The position numbers and the translations under genes were made by a program. A stretch of DNA of 64,000 nucleotides from the human T2T-CHM13v2.0 reference genome, Homo sapiens: the NCBI RefSeq assembly GCF_009914755.1, contig NC_060928.1; one strand, 5' to 3'. This document shows, piece after piece, positions 1 through 13,075 of the stretch. The notes beneath the pieces were generated by a model. It did no database searches, was not told the DNA's origin, and saw nothing but the letters and a program-made list of their open reading frames with translations. Within the stretch, counting starts at the first letter, position 1, and every line of letters begins with the position of its first letter.

Positions 1-1522
1 CAAAAATGTGGAAGCATCTTTGGAACTGGGTAACAGACAGAGGTTGGAACAATTTGAAGGGCTCAGAAGAAGACAGGAAAATGTGGTAAAGTTTGGAACC
101 CCCTAGAGACTTGTTGAATGGCTTTGACCAAAATGCTGATAGTGATATGGAAAATGAAGTCCAAGCTGAGGTGGTCTCAGATGGAGATGAGAAACTTGCT
201 GGGAACTAGAGTAAAGATGACTCTTGTTATGCAGAGACTGGCGGCATTTTGCCCCTGAGTTAGACATCTGTGGAACTTTGAACTTGACAGAGATGATTTA
301 GGGTATATGGCAAAAAAAATATTCCTACATGGGAAAGTACTCAAGAGGAAGCAGAGCGTAAAAGTTTGGAAAATTTGCAGCCTGGTGATGTGACAGAAAA
401 GAAAACCCTATTTTCTGGGGAGAAACTCGAGCTGTCTGCAGAAATTTGCATAAGTAAGGAGGAGCCAAATGTTACTCACCAAGGCAATGGGGAAAATGTC
501 TCCAGGGCATGTGAGAAACCTTGGAGGTAGCCCTACCCATCACAGGCCCAGAGGCCTAGGAGTGACAAATGGTTTTATAGGCCAGGTCAAGGGACGCCCT
601 ATTGTGTGCAGCCTCAGGACTTGGGGCCCTGCTTTCCAGTCACTCCAGCCATAGCTAAAAGGGGCCAAGGAACAGCTCAGGCTGTTGTTTCAGAGGGTAC
701 AAGCACCTGGCCTTGGCACTTTCCATGTGGTGTTGTGAAATGGCAGTTTCCACGTGGTGTTGAGCCTGTGAGTGCACAGAATTCATGAATGGAAGTTTGA
801 GAACCTCTGCTTAGATTTCAGAGGGTGTATGGAAGAACCTGGATGTCCAGGCAGAAGTTTGCTGCAGGGATGGGGCCTTCATGGAGAACCTCTGCTAGGG
901 CAGTGTGAAAGGGAAATGTGGGGTCAGAGTCACCACACAGAGTTACCACTGGGGCACTGCTTAGTGGAGCTATGAGAAGAGGGCCACCATCCTCCAGAGT
1001 CCAGCATGGTAGATCCACTGACAGCTTGTACCATGCACCTGGAAAGGCCACAGACTTTCAACACCAGCCTGTGAAAGCAGCTGGCAGGGAAGCTGTACCC
1101 TGCAAAGCCACAGGGGTGGAGATGACCAAGGCCATGGGAACCCACCTCTTGCATCAGTATGATCTGGATTTGAGACATGGAGTCAAAGGAGATCATTTTG
1201 GAACTTTAAGGTTTAATGATTGCTCTACTGGATTTCAGACTTACATGAGGCATTTAGCCCCTTTGTTTTGGCCAATTTCTCCCATTTGGAATGGGTGCAT
1301 TTACCCATTGCCTATACCCCCATTATATCTAGAAAGTAACTAACTTGCTTTTGATTTTACAGGCTCATAGGCAGAAGTACTTGCCTTGTCTCAGATTGAG
1401 ACTTTGGAGTTGGACTTTCGAGTTAATTCTGAAATGAGTTAAGACTTTGGGGAACTGTTGGAAGGGCATGATTGTGTTTGGAAATGTGGGGACATGAGAT
1501 TCGGGAGGGACTAGGTGTGGAA
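1..1522 (+). mobile_element. THE1 (MaLR) internal region, nearly complete; 5' LTR lies upstream of the window
   Basis: Continuous resemblance to THE1-int (aaaatgtggaagc..ctttggaactgggtaacag; gctgaggtggtctcagatggagatgag; ggagtcaaaggagatcattttggaactttaag), ending in a purine-rich tract just before the LTR. Confidence 0.92.
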
Positions 1523-1890
1523 TGATATGGTTAGGCTTTCTCTCCCCACCCTAATCTCACCTTGAATTGTAGTTTCCATAATCCCCACATGTCATGGGAG
1601 GGACGCAGTGGGAGGTAATTGAATCATGGGGGCATTTACCCCCGTACGGCTGTTCTCATGATAATGAGTGAATTTACACAAGATCTGATGGTTTTATAAG
1701 GGGCTCTTTTTGCTCTGCACTTCTTCTTGCTACCACCATGTGAAGAAGGATGTGTTTGCTTCCCCTTCTGCCATGATTGTAAGTTTCCTGAGGCCTCTTC
1801 AGCTGTGCAGTACAATGAGTCAATTAAATCTCTTTCCTATATAAATTACCCAGTATGTCTTTATTAGTAGCATAATAATGGACTAATACA
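1523..1890 (+). mobile_element. THE1C-like 3' LTR
   Basis: TG...CA ends (tgatatggtt...gactaataca); ccatgtgaagaaggatgtgtttgcttcccc and tgtaagtttcctgaggcc are typical of THE1C. Confidence 0.88.
1616..1626 (+). promoter_or_regulatory. DUX4-type double-homeobox motif TAATTGAATCA in the THE1 LTR
   Basis: Exact motif seen; THE1 LTRs are established DUX4 targets; occupancy here is untested. Confidence 0.55.
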
Positions 1891-2300
1891 CATGCTTGAA
1901 TAATATGATTCCTTACTTTTTTCTTTCTTTGTGAAATGGCAAACCATCAAGGTGAAGTGGAGATTTAAGTATCACATACATGTGGCTGAGGGTATCTGCT
2001 AATCCTGAGATTTTAGAATTACCTTAATTTCTCAACAAATTTCCAGAGGAGCTTAGCCAATAAGTAATGGCCTAGAAGTAAATGCACATAATTTATTTTA
2101 AAATTGGGCCACTTTTATAAATAAGATGAGACGCTTTTACTAAGCACACCAGGACAAAATTGGCATAAAGGATACTGTCCAGGGTAAATTGAAATTTTTT
2201 TCACATTACTTAGATTGATGATGCTAAGATAGTTACTTTCAACTATCCAGAAGGGCTGAAAATATTGTAAAAAAAGAGTATTACAATATTTTGCAATATT

Positions 2301-2364
2301 ACACAACACATACATACATACACACATACATGCACACACACACACACTATATATATATATATAT
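2301..2364. repeat. compound (CA)n/(TA)n microsatellite
   Basis: acacaacacatacatacata...cacacactatatatatatatatat. Confidence 0.9.
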
Positions 2365-4623
2365 TTTCACTAAAAAATGCTGAAAAAGCTGGGAGTTCCT
2401 CAGTATCCAAAAGGTCAGATTTAGGAAGATTTACTAAATGAAATATCAAACTATAAAATACAGATAACCAAACAAAAAACTGGAGATATCAGTACAGTTT
2501 GCAACCTACCCCAGAGCAAACAGCAGTAAGTGATAATGATAACTGCCTTATAAGCTTGTGAACATGGTAGGATTTTCTAAATGTTTGGTTTTGTGTCTGG
2601 ATATATGCTTCTAATCCCAGAAGAGGGATTGGTTTGAATTAGGCTTCCTAAAGTAGCTCTGACTTCTATTTTTGCAATAATTGCGGTTTGCATCAGGCGA
2701 CTACTTGTATATAACATATTTACTGTAATGCTCTGAAATCTGATACTTGCTTCTAATACAGAGTTGCAGTAATTATGCTTACATTTCTATTTTCATTAAA
2801 TATTTGAGAGTACATTTTAGAATGAGAAGAGTGGATAAAGCTCTTGTTTGATACTAACAGGAATCATGTGAATAACTTCAAGACCAGAAGGAAATAGTAT
2901 TCCTGAGGACTGGGGACTCAGGTTACTTCTGGGGGAAGCCTTGCATAAAATATTAAATTGCCATGGCTCTAATATGGCAAGTTATAGAGAGTTATACAGA
3001 GACTGAGTTATAAAGAGACTGAGGCTAATGACAAGTTGTAGTCCTATAGTCATGCAACAAGGAGTACAGAGATTAGCTGAAAGATTGGTCATATGGGGAT
3101 TGATTATGTTTGCATGCATCTGCAAGTGTTTTTCCGTGAATAGACTTAAGTAGGGGTTCAAATGTTTACAGACCTTTTCATGGATATTATTTTACCATTT
3201 TCATCTGTTTGCTCTTGTTTATATTTATTTCTAATTTAGGAGTGCCTACATTAAGTCTTTAAAATAGTTGTTTTATGATTTTATGTAGGTGTTGATATTA
3301 GAAACACAGTATGTACATAGAAACATTATTTTTAGATTATTTTGAAAAATATTGTACATCAAGAGAAAAATAATGGAAAATAATACTATGAGAAGACAGC
3401 CAAGATGTTATGTTTTATTATTACTACAGTAGGTTCCCATTGCTTGATACATTATTTAACATTTAAATATTATATTCACTAATTAAATACAATAGAAAAA
3501 AGCAATAGAAACAAAAAACTTTAGAAAATTAATTTAGCTTAATATCATTGATTTTCAAATATACTTCTTAAGATCTTTTAATACAGTTTTATTTTTAAAC
3601 TTCAAAATAAAAGTTTAGTTGACCTATTATATAATAGGTGATATAAATAAATGTAATAGTTAAATTTTATTTTATAAAATGTTTTTAAACAATAATTCTG
3701 ATAAGCATGTAAAATAAAAATATATTTTTCACAGAAATATATTTTACCTACCAACAAGTAATATTAAGCAACTGCAAAAGTCACAAAAGCAAAAACAAAA
3801 CTCTAATTAATTTTAAAATTAAATATAAGAATGAAATACAAAATATTGTGTTAGATTTGGCAATAGTTAATTTTGACTCACTGAAAATGTAATGGTTATT
3901 CAATGTGAATGATTAGAGATAATTAAATTGTATTCTGTGAAGTCAGGTGAGAAAATTTGGAAGAACAGGGATCCAAACCCAGATGTTTTCAACTTATTAT
4001 CACACTATCAGATTTGTTAGCTGTCCTCTATACTATTATGTATTAGAAATGGGCAATGTGTTCTATAACACAGTGGGAGTAATAATGAGGTTCTTTTATA
4101 GAATCTTATCAGCTGAAAATGCTGAAAAGCATTAGGTATATATTTATATAAGGAGAGCATATATCTTACCTCGGAATGTATGCATCTCTTTATATCTACA
4201 TATCTATATATTGATGTTTACCTATTTATATTTATGTTATTTAAACTTTTATAAATGATTCAATATAGTACATTTATTTTCTAATATTTTGATTTATTTT
4301 CACATTGGTTCTAGAAAATAACTCCTCTAATTATTTGACAGACCCTAGACATCAGGGACTGAATGTTTGATGAGTTTTCTTGTTTGCATGTTTGAACAAT
4401 AATATCTGACCCTCTGTAATCCAGAAATCAGTCTATCAATAGTTAGTGGCTATATAATATTCACTATAAAAGTAGTAAAAAAAAAATCAATGCTTTGGGA
4501 ATATGACGACAATTATACAGATAATTTCAGACATCAGAACCTAGATGAATTTAAAAATTTGTTTCAGTCAAATGTTTGGTATTTGTAATATTTGGCATTT
4601 ATTTTTATACATAAAGCATACTA

Positions 4624-4950
<327 letters not shown>

Positions 4951-7149
4951 AGAAAGAGAGAGAGAGACCCAAGCAGAACCAATGGCAAAAATGGCTGAAA
5001 TGGAAAAGATATTTCATTCATTCATTCATTCAATAGGTATGTGTTGGGAGACATTGCAACCACTGTGGTTTCATGGGGGTTGTATGTTAATCACCAAAGA
5101 AAAATTTCCATTGTCTTGGTATATATATATCTTGCCTATATTGGAGTTGGATTCGAGTTTCACTGGTTTTTTACAGAATTTAGAGTTGTGTTAATATGAG
5201 TAAAATGCCATACGAGTTCTGAATAAAAGTGAGTTTCTCAAGGATTTTTTTTTAATTCTAGTAACTGAAGTTTTAGAAGGGTGTGAGTTTGTTTATGTGT
5301 GAACATTATAGAGACTCATTCAATACTGTATAATTAGAAGTTTAATCAGGTCAGTGGAGTGTAAACCATTACACAGGAAGTACAGCTCCTGAGGCAATAG
5401 AATTCTTATGTAGAAATGTATACTTATTACCTAATCGAGAGTGTTTGGGTTTGCAGTTTACTAAAGTGTACAACAGCCAATGGCTTTTATATGTTATGTG
5501 CAACTTGTTTAGCCCATAAACTATACTAAAGTGCATAATAAGACATTCAACTAGATACGGTTACTCATTCAAGTCTGTTATCGATTGAACTGTACATAAA
5601 ATGACATTTGCAGGATAGTGTATCCTTTTATTTATTGTAAGGTTTCTTTGTTTATGTATCAGCACACAAAATTTAGTAATTAGCAATAGGTCTCAGTTCA
5701 TTTAATGTGAATGAGCAAGATCTCAGCTCTTACTACATTCAATTATGGTGTAATAGCTCTCTTGACCTCCACCTAGGAACAAGGTTTTCATTCACACTGG
5801 GGAAAATGAAAATGGCAGTGGCTTCCTTTCTTTTCATAGAGATGCAAAGTGTGTTTTACATCAATTTGTATTAACAAGTGGAGAAAATGTGAAATTACTT
5901 TTATTTATCAGAATCATACTGTAGTAAATTATTGCATAAACCTGCACTTTTGTGGTCTGAACTACAAGTTGAAGTAAAAAATAATATTTTCACCTCTTCT
6001 TTTATGAATAGAAACTTCAAACATAAAATAAACATTTCAAATTGCTTTTCCTCTCAACATGCAGGAGGAGAAACAATTTTCTGAAGTTAATAACATTTCT
6101 GCAAAGGCTGTGGGGAAATCATGCAAAGCTAAACTGCATAGCATGGAAGGCTGCTAAACAAAAAACTTTTTGAAACTTCTATTACTTTTTTCTTTATTGT
6201 TTTATGAAGTTTAAAGTACTTTTAAAGAGTAATCACTTTGTAGAATATGGATTCTCATACATCTTAGAGAAGAAGACATTTTAACTGTCATTCACTCTCC
6301 CATCAATTGCAGTCATGAAAGAAAAGTTTCTCAGGTATGTTTTTTTTTTTTTGCTATCCTAGAAATATATGTGATTACTTTTACTTTTAATGAATACCTT
6401 ATTAGATGAAGAAAATATTATTTCAGTAGGTTATAAATTTTTAATAAAGACATTGGTTTTGCAAACTATTGTTTGATAGTTTCAAATATATGATTTGATA
6501 TATGATTTTACATAATAGGATGGATAAAACCCTTCTCTTTTTCCATGTTCAGCAGTCTTTTAAAAAGGAAATAGCACCTTGTTAAAAAAATGTGATGTAG
6601 AATTTTAATATCTTCTGAACAACAAATTCATATGTTCTTGCTTTAATTTTTAATCTGTTTCCTATCTCACTATACTTCAACATATTTTTGCATACATAGT
6701 CCTTGCTAAATCCGTTAAGCCTCTCTTGACTGCCCAATCTCCTGCTATATTTCTGGGTTTTTTTTCCTCCAACAACTTTCCTTGGTGCAGTTTCCTTTCA
6801 TAACTCAACAACTATAATGCTAGCCTAATTTTATAGGTGTTTGTTAGGTTTTGGTCATTCCTTCAACCTACTATTTTTCCAGTTCTACCTAGTGACTTTT
6901 GTTTTCCAAGAGCTAGCTTATTAGGGATATAATGATAAAAACAGCAAAGGAAACAGCGATGAGAAAATCTACAAGGTCTTTGTCCTCACAAGCTAAGTGA
7001 AGAGAAAAAGTCATATATTAAAAACAATAAGTAGCTTGAGTACTTCCTATTAAAATAATAGTCCATATGTTATGAGTCCCAGTATCAACACACATGGACT
7101 GATGTTAGTAGGATTTTGGTTCACTTTCACACATATATAACAAGATTGC

Positions 7150-7475
<326 letters not shown>

Positions 7476-7562
7476 ATGTAACCAGATTTCTTAACATATT
7501 TTACATGATACACCTACTAATACTTCATGTTTAGACTCAATGTTTGATAATGTTTTGTCTTT

Positions 7563-7565
<3 letters not shown>

Positions 7566-7610
<45 letters not shown>
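7566..7610. repeat. (TG)22 microsatellite
   Basis: uninterrupted TG run. Confidence 0.97.
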
Positions 7611-7613
<3 letters not shown>

Positions 7614-7739
7614 GTCCATTTGTTCCACACAGACTCATCCAAGCAATGTTGTACCAGAATTACTAGATCATTTCATGTCACAGTTTTATGTTAAGAATTG
7701 CAGACAAAATGAATATTCAAATGAGCAATGAAGAATTAT

Positions 7740-7825
7740 ATATCTATTGTGCACCATGCATCTTCTTAGCACTTTACATAGATTAAATTATTTAATTTTT
7801 GTAAGAACCTATGAGTTAGGAACTA
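7740..7825 (-). mobile_element. MIR fragment (truncated)
   Basis: ttcttagcactttacatag...tttaattttt...ctatgagttaggaacta resembles the antisense MIR 3' part. Confidence 0.65.
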
Positions 7826-8740
7826 GGTTTAAGATTTGTTGTGTTAATTGTTATTGTTATCTTGGGTTTTTAGGAATTTGATAAAAAGTTCCAACAGAAA
7901 TCCTTTAAGTAGTTTTCAACACATGGATGACAGAAATGCCATGGACAAAATTTCAGGGAGACCTAATTGCAGTGGTCGCTGGCAAATATCAGTTTCTGCA
8001 TTTCCTCCCTGGAAAGTCACAACAAATGAATATTTTTGTCATATAAAATATCATAATTATGTATCTCTACTATAGAACATAACTTTTAAACTATACTCAA
8101 ATTCATGTTAACATCTTTCTTACTGGCAATTACTTAAACATTTGGTTTTCTCATCCATTGCATGTCAGACAAAATCTAATTACTAAGTGAGATTTAATGG
8201 TGCAAAACCATGTAAAGAGGCGCTGAGAAAAAAATGTGTTAAAATGGCTGATAGTACGTGAAAATCTAACTGCAACACAGTTCATCAGAAATAATAATTT
8301 GGTCATGAATTGGTCATAATTGAAAAGTATTGCTATTTAAAATTTTTATTTGTTATAAATAAAAATGTATTAGTGCAAGTGTATCATAGAAAGCAAGGAT
8401 AAATATTCCTTTAATACTTAGCTCTTTGTGGAGCATTATTTCTATAGTTTCTTGAGACGATACATAAAATTGTTGCATTTCAAGAGAGCAACATTGAAGA
8501 TATGTAAAGGAATCATTCAAAAAAATAAAATAAATGTTGTTCAGAAAGTTTAATTTTTAAGAGAATGGAAGCAAGAAAAATTTGAACCAAAAATATGTAG
8601 AAAAATTAATTATGGAAAAGACTCTTCTGAACTGAATAAAGATGTACTCCTCTGTGTATGCATTGAAAACTCTCAAGTAATCTTTATTTTTATAGAATAA
8701 TTATGATATTTTCTAGTTTGATATTTTCTACTAGAAAATG

Positions 8741-9162
8741 TGTTTTCACGACCTAAAGAGGTAGAATGGACATCCTCCAAGAATTTGGTCTAGATGTTGC
8801 AATTGATGATGCCACATACACACCAACACCAACAAGGTATGAGACGAGTGTTATGTACATGAAGAGGCTTTTCTAGGCAGAGTAGGGCAGGCATTCCAAG
8901 CTGGCCTGAAAATGGCTTAAGAGCCTGGGGAAACGAGACTGCTATTGCGGGTTTTAATATGTTTAGGGGTGTGGGTAGGATTAAGATTCTTATGCACAGG
9001 AAAGAACTTTCATGGTTTGAATTTCCCATATAAGCCAAACGGGGTGGCTCCCAGGATTTTTTATTAGGTTGCCCAGAGGTGGGGCGGAAAAGGAAAGAGG
9101 CACTAGTAAGGCTTAAAAGAAGTTAACAATCATCAAAAAATAGACTCAGGACCTTTATTACT
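8741..9162 (-). mobile_element. ERVL-class solo LTR (LTR47-like)
   Basis: Reverse strand begins gtaataaaggtcctgagtctattttttgatg and contains tctgggcaacc, gggaaattcaaacc, tggcatcatcaattgcaacatc; subfamily name from memory. Confidence 0.6.
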
Positions 9163-9289
9163 ATTTTTCTACCTAACGCAGAAATTAAAATTAGATAATT
9201 AGGGAAATATTTTAGCGCTGTTATGTTATAAATTATCAGAGTCTCATCAATGAAAAGGCATTCTTAAGAAGTCAAATGAATAGTGAACA

Positions 9290-9535
9290 ATTATATAAAG
9301 CCTACTATTAGCTAAGCATTGTTCTTAGCACTTTACATATACTGAATAATTTAATTTTCATAAGAATCTATGAGTTAGGAACTATTATTATCCATATTTT
9401 ACCTAAGAGAAAAGTATAGAAAGTCTCAGTGAGATGTCCAGTGACACATGTCTAGCTGGTAATTGACGAAGTAAAGATTTATACCCAGACAGATTGGTAC
9501 CAGAATCTGTTCTTTAACAACATATACTGCTACCT
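9290..9535 (-). mobile_element. MIR, near full length
   Basis: ctattattatccatattttac...gacacatgtctagct...atacccagacag...ctttaacaac matches the antisense MIR core. Confidence 0.8.
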
Positions 9536-9774
9536 GATGATGAGACTGTGTAAGTAACAAGATTCAAATTTGTTCTTTGCTGTTTCTTTCTATTTCCAAT
9601 AAAGTTTAAAAATATTATGTTATGAATTTTAGTTTAATTTCGTATCTTAGAAAATTGCAATTTTTTATGTAGCTTTAATTTTTTCCATGTCTATGCTTCT
9701 ATTACTGTATATATTCATGTTATGGTCATTTCAATAAAGACTACTACTATACCATGTATAATTTGTTTTAAAAA

Positions 9775-9866
9775 AGACAGGAAGAGCTCTTATTGCATTT
9801 ATTTAACAAATATTTACCCTGTAGTCAATATTTGCTAAATAAATGCAGTAGGAGCTCTTCCTGTCT
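9775..9866. repeat. inverted repeat, 40-bp arms, 12-nt loop
   Basis: 9775-9814 vs 9827-9866: 37/40 Watson-Crick complementary. Confidence 0.95.
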
Positions 9867-9960
9867 ACTAAGAGTTTGGCTTTTAGTCAAAGCAATGATA
9901 TAACTAACAATTTTTGCAGAAATTTAGAATATCTAAAAAACTCCCCAAAGACACCCCATA

Positions 9961-10648
9961 TTTTATTCCTTTTAATTGATATATAATATTTGTACATATT
10001 TGTGGGGTACATGTGGTATTTTGTTAGATTCGTACAAAATGTGTAATAATCAAGTCAAGATATTTAGGGTATTCATCACCTAGAGTATTCATCATTTCTA
10101 TGTGTTGGGAACATTTCAAGTCCTCTCTTCTAGCTATTTTGAAATGTACAATTCATTGCTGTTAACTATAGTCACCCTACTCTGCTAGCAAACATTAGAA
10201 CTTATACCTTCCATCTAAGAATACACTTGTATCCACTAACCAAGCTCTCTTTATCCCCCTACTCTGCCAACCATACAGCCTTTCTAGCCTCTGGTATCTA
10301 TCATTCTACACTCTACCTCCATGAGATCAATTTTTTTAACTCCAATTTATAGTGAAAAAAATCAGATATGAGATAGTGAAAACATGAGATATGAGATATT
10401 TCTGTGCCTGGCTCATTTCATTTAACATAATGTCCTCCATTTCCATCCATATTGTTGAAAATGACAAAGTTTCATTCTTTTTTGATGGCTGAATAATATT
10501 CCACTGTATATATTTACCATTTTCTTTAACCATTCACCCATTGGTGGACACAATTTGATTCCATAGCTTTGCTATTGCGATAGCACTGCAATAGACACAA
10601 GAGTGCAGGTATCCCTTTGTCATAATGATGCCTTTTCCTTTAGATAAA
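9961..10648 (-). mobile_element. L1MA-type LINE-1 3' end
   Basis: gtggggtacatgtg, ttctagctattttgaaatgtaca, gttaactatagtcaccctactctgcta, ggctgaataatattccactgtatatat. Confidence 0.9.
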
Positions 10649-11437
10649 TTAACATCTATTATTTTTGTTTCTGCACCAACTGATTTCATGTTGTTTCATC
10701 TAGTTAAAAATCTTGACAGAAACCCACAAAGCTGTTTGCCCTCAAATATAAATATTATGATAACATTTAAATTCAATTGGCACTGTGGCTTGAATGAGTC
10801 ATTTGATAGGACAAAACTTACCAAAAAGTATATAAACACATAAGTAATAAATATGTGTAGTAGTAAAAATAAATCAATGGTGTAAAGGTAAGGCATTAAA
10901 TGCAATGAATTAGTCTTAAGTCAGAAGCTTTTATTTCTAATATGGTAAAAGATAATGGTTAAACATTTTAACTACCCAGAAAATCAAAATATAGAATGCT
11001 TCAAGCATGTTTTCTTAGGGGAATGTTCTGAAACAGAAAATAAATCACTTTATAATTTCATTAATATGACTCCAAGTTATTGTTGCTCTCAAATATGCTG
11101 CACTCTAAAATGCAGCAAGCTATTAGATTTAGTTTCCACTTGCATTCTCTATGAGACCAGTTTCTACATGGTATTTCTGTTAGTAAGTGTGTTGATTCAG
11201 AAAAGCAAGCACTAAAATGTGGATATCGTATATTTTATATTTCTATTGGTTATAGCCTTTGCTTTTGGAAAAGACCTTGTATGATCAATTTAAGAAAGTA
11301 AAACATTAAAAACAAACAAAATAAAAACCCATGTATTTTTAATGCCACAAATCTGATGATAGGTTTTAATGCATTAGTGTTTATAATTAGAGTAGGCTTA
11401 ATTAAATACAAAGCATTTATGTCCAAATTGTAGTAAG

Positions 11438-11690
11438 TTAACCAACAAATGTTTATGAAATACCTATTGTTCTAGTTATTGTCCTAGGCAGAGAGATTGA
11501 GCACAAATAAAATAACTCTTATATTCAAGAAGTCTTGTGGGCAAAGGAGACATTACAAATAATTACCAATAATTAAGCACTGCAAATTATATCTTTAAAA
11601 ATTTTGATACAGTGTGCTATGAAAACATGTAACAAGAGGACTTAACTTGGTCTGATGGATATTGATGCATTTCCTGAGGATGGAACTTAA
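11438..11690 (-). mobile_element. L2 3' fragment
   Basis: caacaaatgtttatgaaatacctattgt...gtcctaggc...tttcctgagga; degenerate. Confidence 0.55.
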
Positions 11691-12334
11691 CACCTATTAT
11701 TTTGTTGAAATTAAATCACTTCCTTAGGCTAAAAAAAAGTAAGATGAATTGCAGCTTTTGTTATTCAATGAATTCTATACTCCTACCAGCTCTGGGTGAG
11801 CCAATAGTTCAATAAACATGTCATGTATTTCCTCATTAATGTGATTTGAAAAGATGTTGGATATTATGGAACTGAAAGCATGCCTGAAATTTCCTTCAGA
11901 TTGACATTGATCTCTAAATGAATATTCTCTAAGCAAAGTTATTCATAAAGTTACATAGTTACTTAATTGTAGATAGACATAGCCTGTTCTTGTGTTTTCT
12001 TTATTTATAAGATTATCAGGAAAGATTTATAAAACACTCACAGTGAAACATACATGGTAATTACACAGTATAGCATATCCATGATCTCCCAGTCTGGAAA
12101 TATCCATTGAGAAAGAGTAAAATTTGCTTGGGATGTGTTATTTTTCTTGAAACTAAAATGCCTTTTAGATATGGATTCTAACTGCACCTGGAGTTTATAA
12201 GTCATCGGTTGATAATCTGTCCAAAAAGTGTACTCAGCATTAGAGACTAAATATGATGCCCATTAGTAAATAGTTACTAAGAGGCCCATTAGTAAATCGT
12301 TTTTGAAAAATAGACATTTGCTTATCTTTAGTTG

Positions 12335-12477
12335 TTTTATTTGGTTTTAAATTTTTTCATGGGACAGAGTCTCATTATGTTGTCTAGGTTTGTCTCAAAT
12401 GCCTCGGCTCAAGCAATCCTCTCGCCTCAGCCTCCCAAAGTACTGGGATTGCTGTCATGAACCAGCACACCTGGCCA
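12335..12477 (-). mobile_element. Alu monomer (FLAM-like)
   Basis: gtctcattatgttgtctagg...ggctcaagcaatcctctcgcctcagcctcccaaagtactgggatt...cctggcc; single arm only. Confidence 0.85.
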
Positions 12478-12879
12478 TCTTTTGCTTTTTTTGCACCAAG
12501 TATTGTACTTTTATAGGCACTAGAAAATATTAGAGTAAATAAGCCTTCACGACTTCCTTGGAAGAGCTTGAGGCTTAATGTTTTCTGATTTTTATGGTAA
12601 AACTCGACTTCTTCTTTTGATATGGCAGTGAATCAACAGATTTCAGAAGTAACATTTCCACTATATTTTATTTCCGTAAGTACAAATTTCTATAGTATTT
12701 TCTAATGGAGTTCATCCATAAGCAATAGCTAATCAAGTTGCTTCTACCTTTTAGTATATTTTTTTCATGGCTGAGCAATCAATGATTCATTAGCAAACTA
12801 TGAAAAACTAAACTGGCTTAAAGCTAGACCAAAAACCAATTTTTTAAAGAAAATTTTAAAACAAAGTTTTCTTCACATA

Positions 12880-13075
12880 CTTACCATTTATGAAGTGCCT
12901 ACTATGTATTAGCCACTGTATATGAGTTTTATTTAATACTTGCAATAACTCTGCAAGGAAAATATGATTGCCCAAATTAAATAGAGAGACTGATTTCAGA
13001 AATGTTAAGCAACTTGCAAAATTTCACACAGCTAGTAATGTATGATGTGTGTTTGACTGCACAGTCTGTTACTTC
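12880..13075 (-). mobile_element. MIR
   Basis: catttatgaagtgcctactatgt...gttaagcaacttgcaaaatttcacacagctagtaa. Confidence 0.75.

Noticed and set aside
918-1343. Longest ORF (141 aa)
   Set aside because: Lies within the THE1 internal region; a remnant of the decayed MaLR ORF with stops and frameshifts upstream, not a host gene
6305-6340. Possible 22-nt micro-exon (ttgcag|tcatgaaagaaaagtttctcag|gtatgt)
   Set aside because: Splice-like motifs only, frame-shifting length and no partner exons; such matches are common by chance
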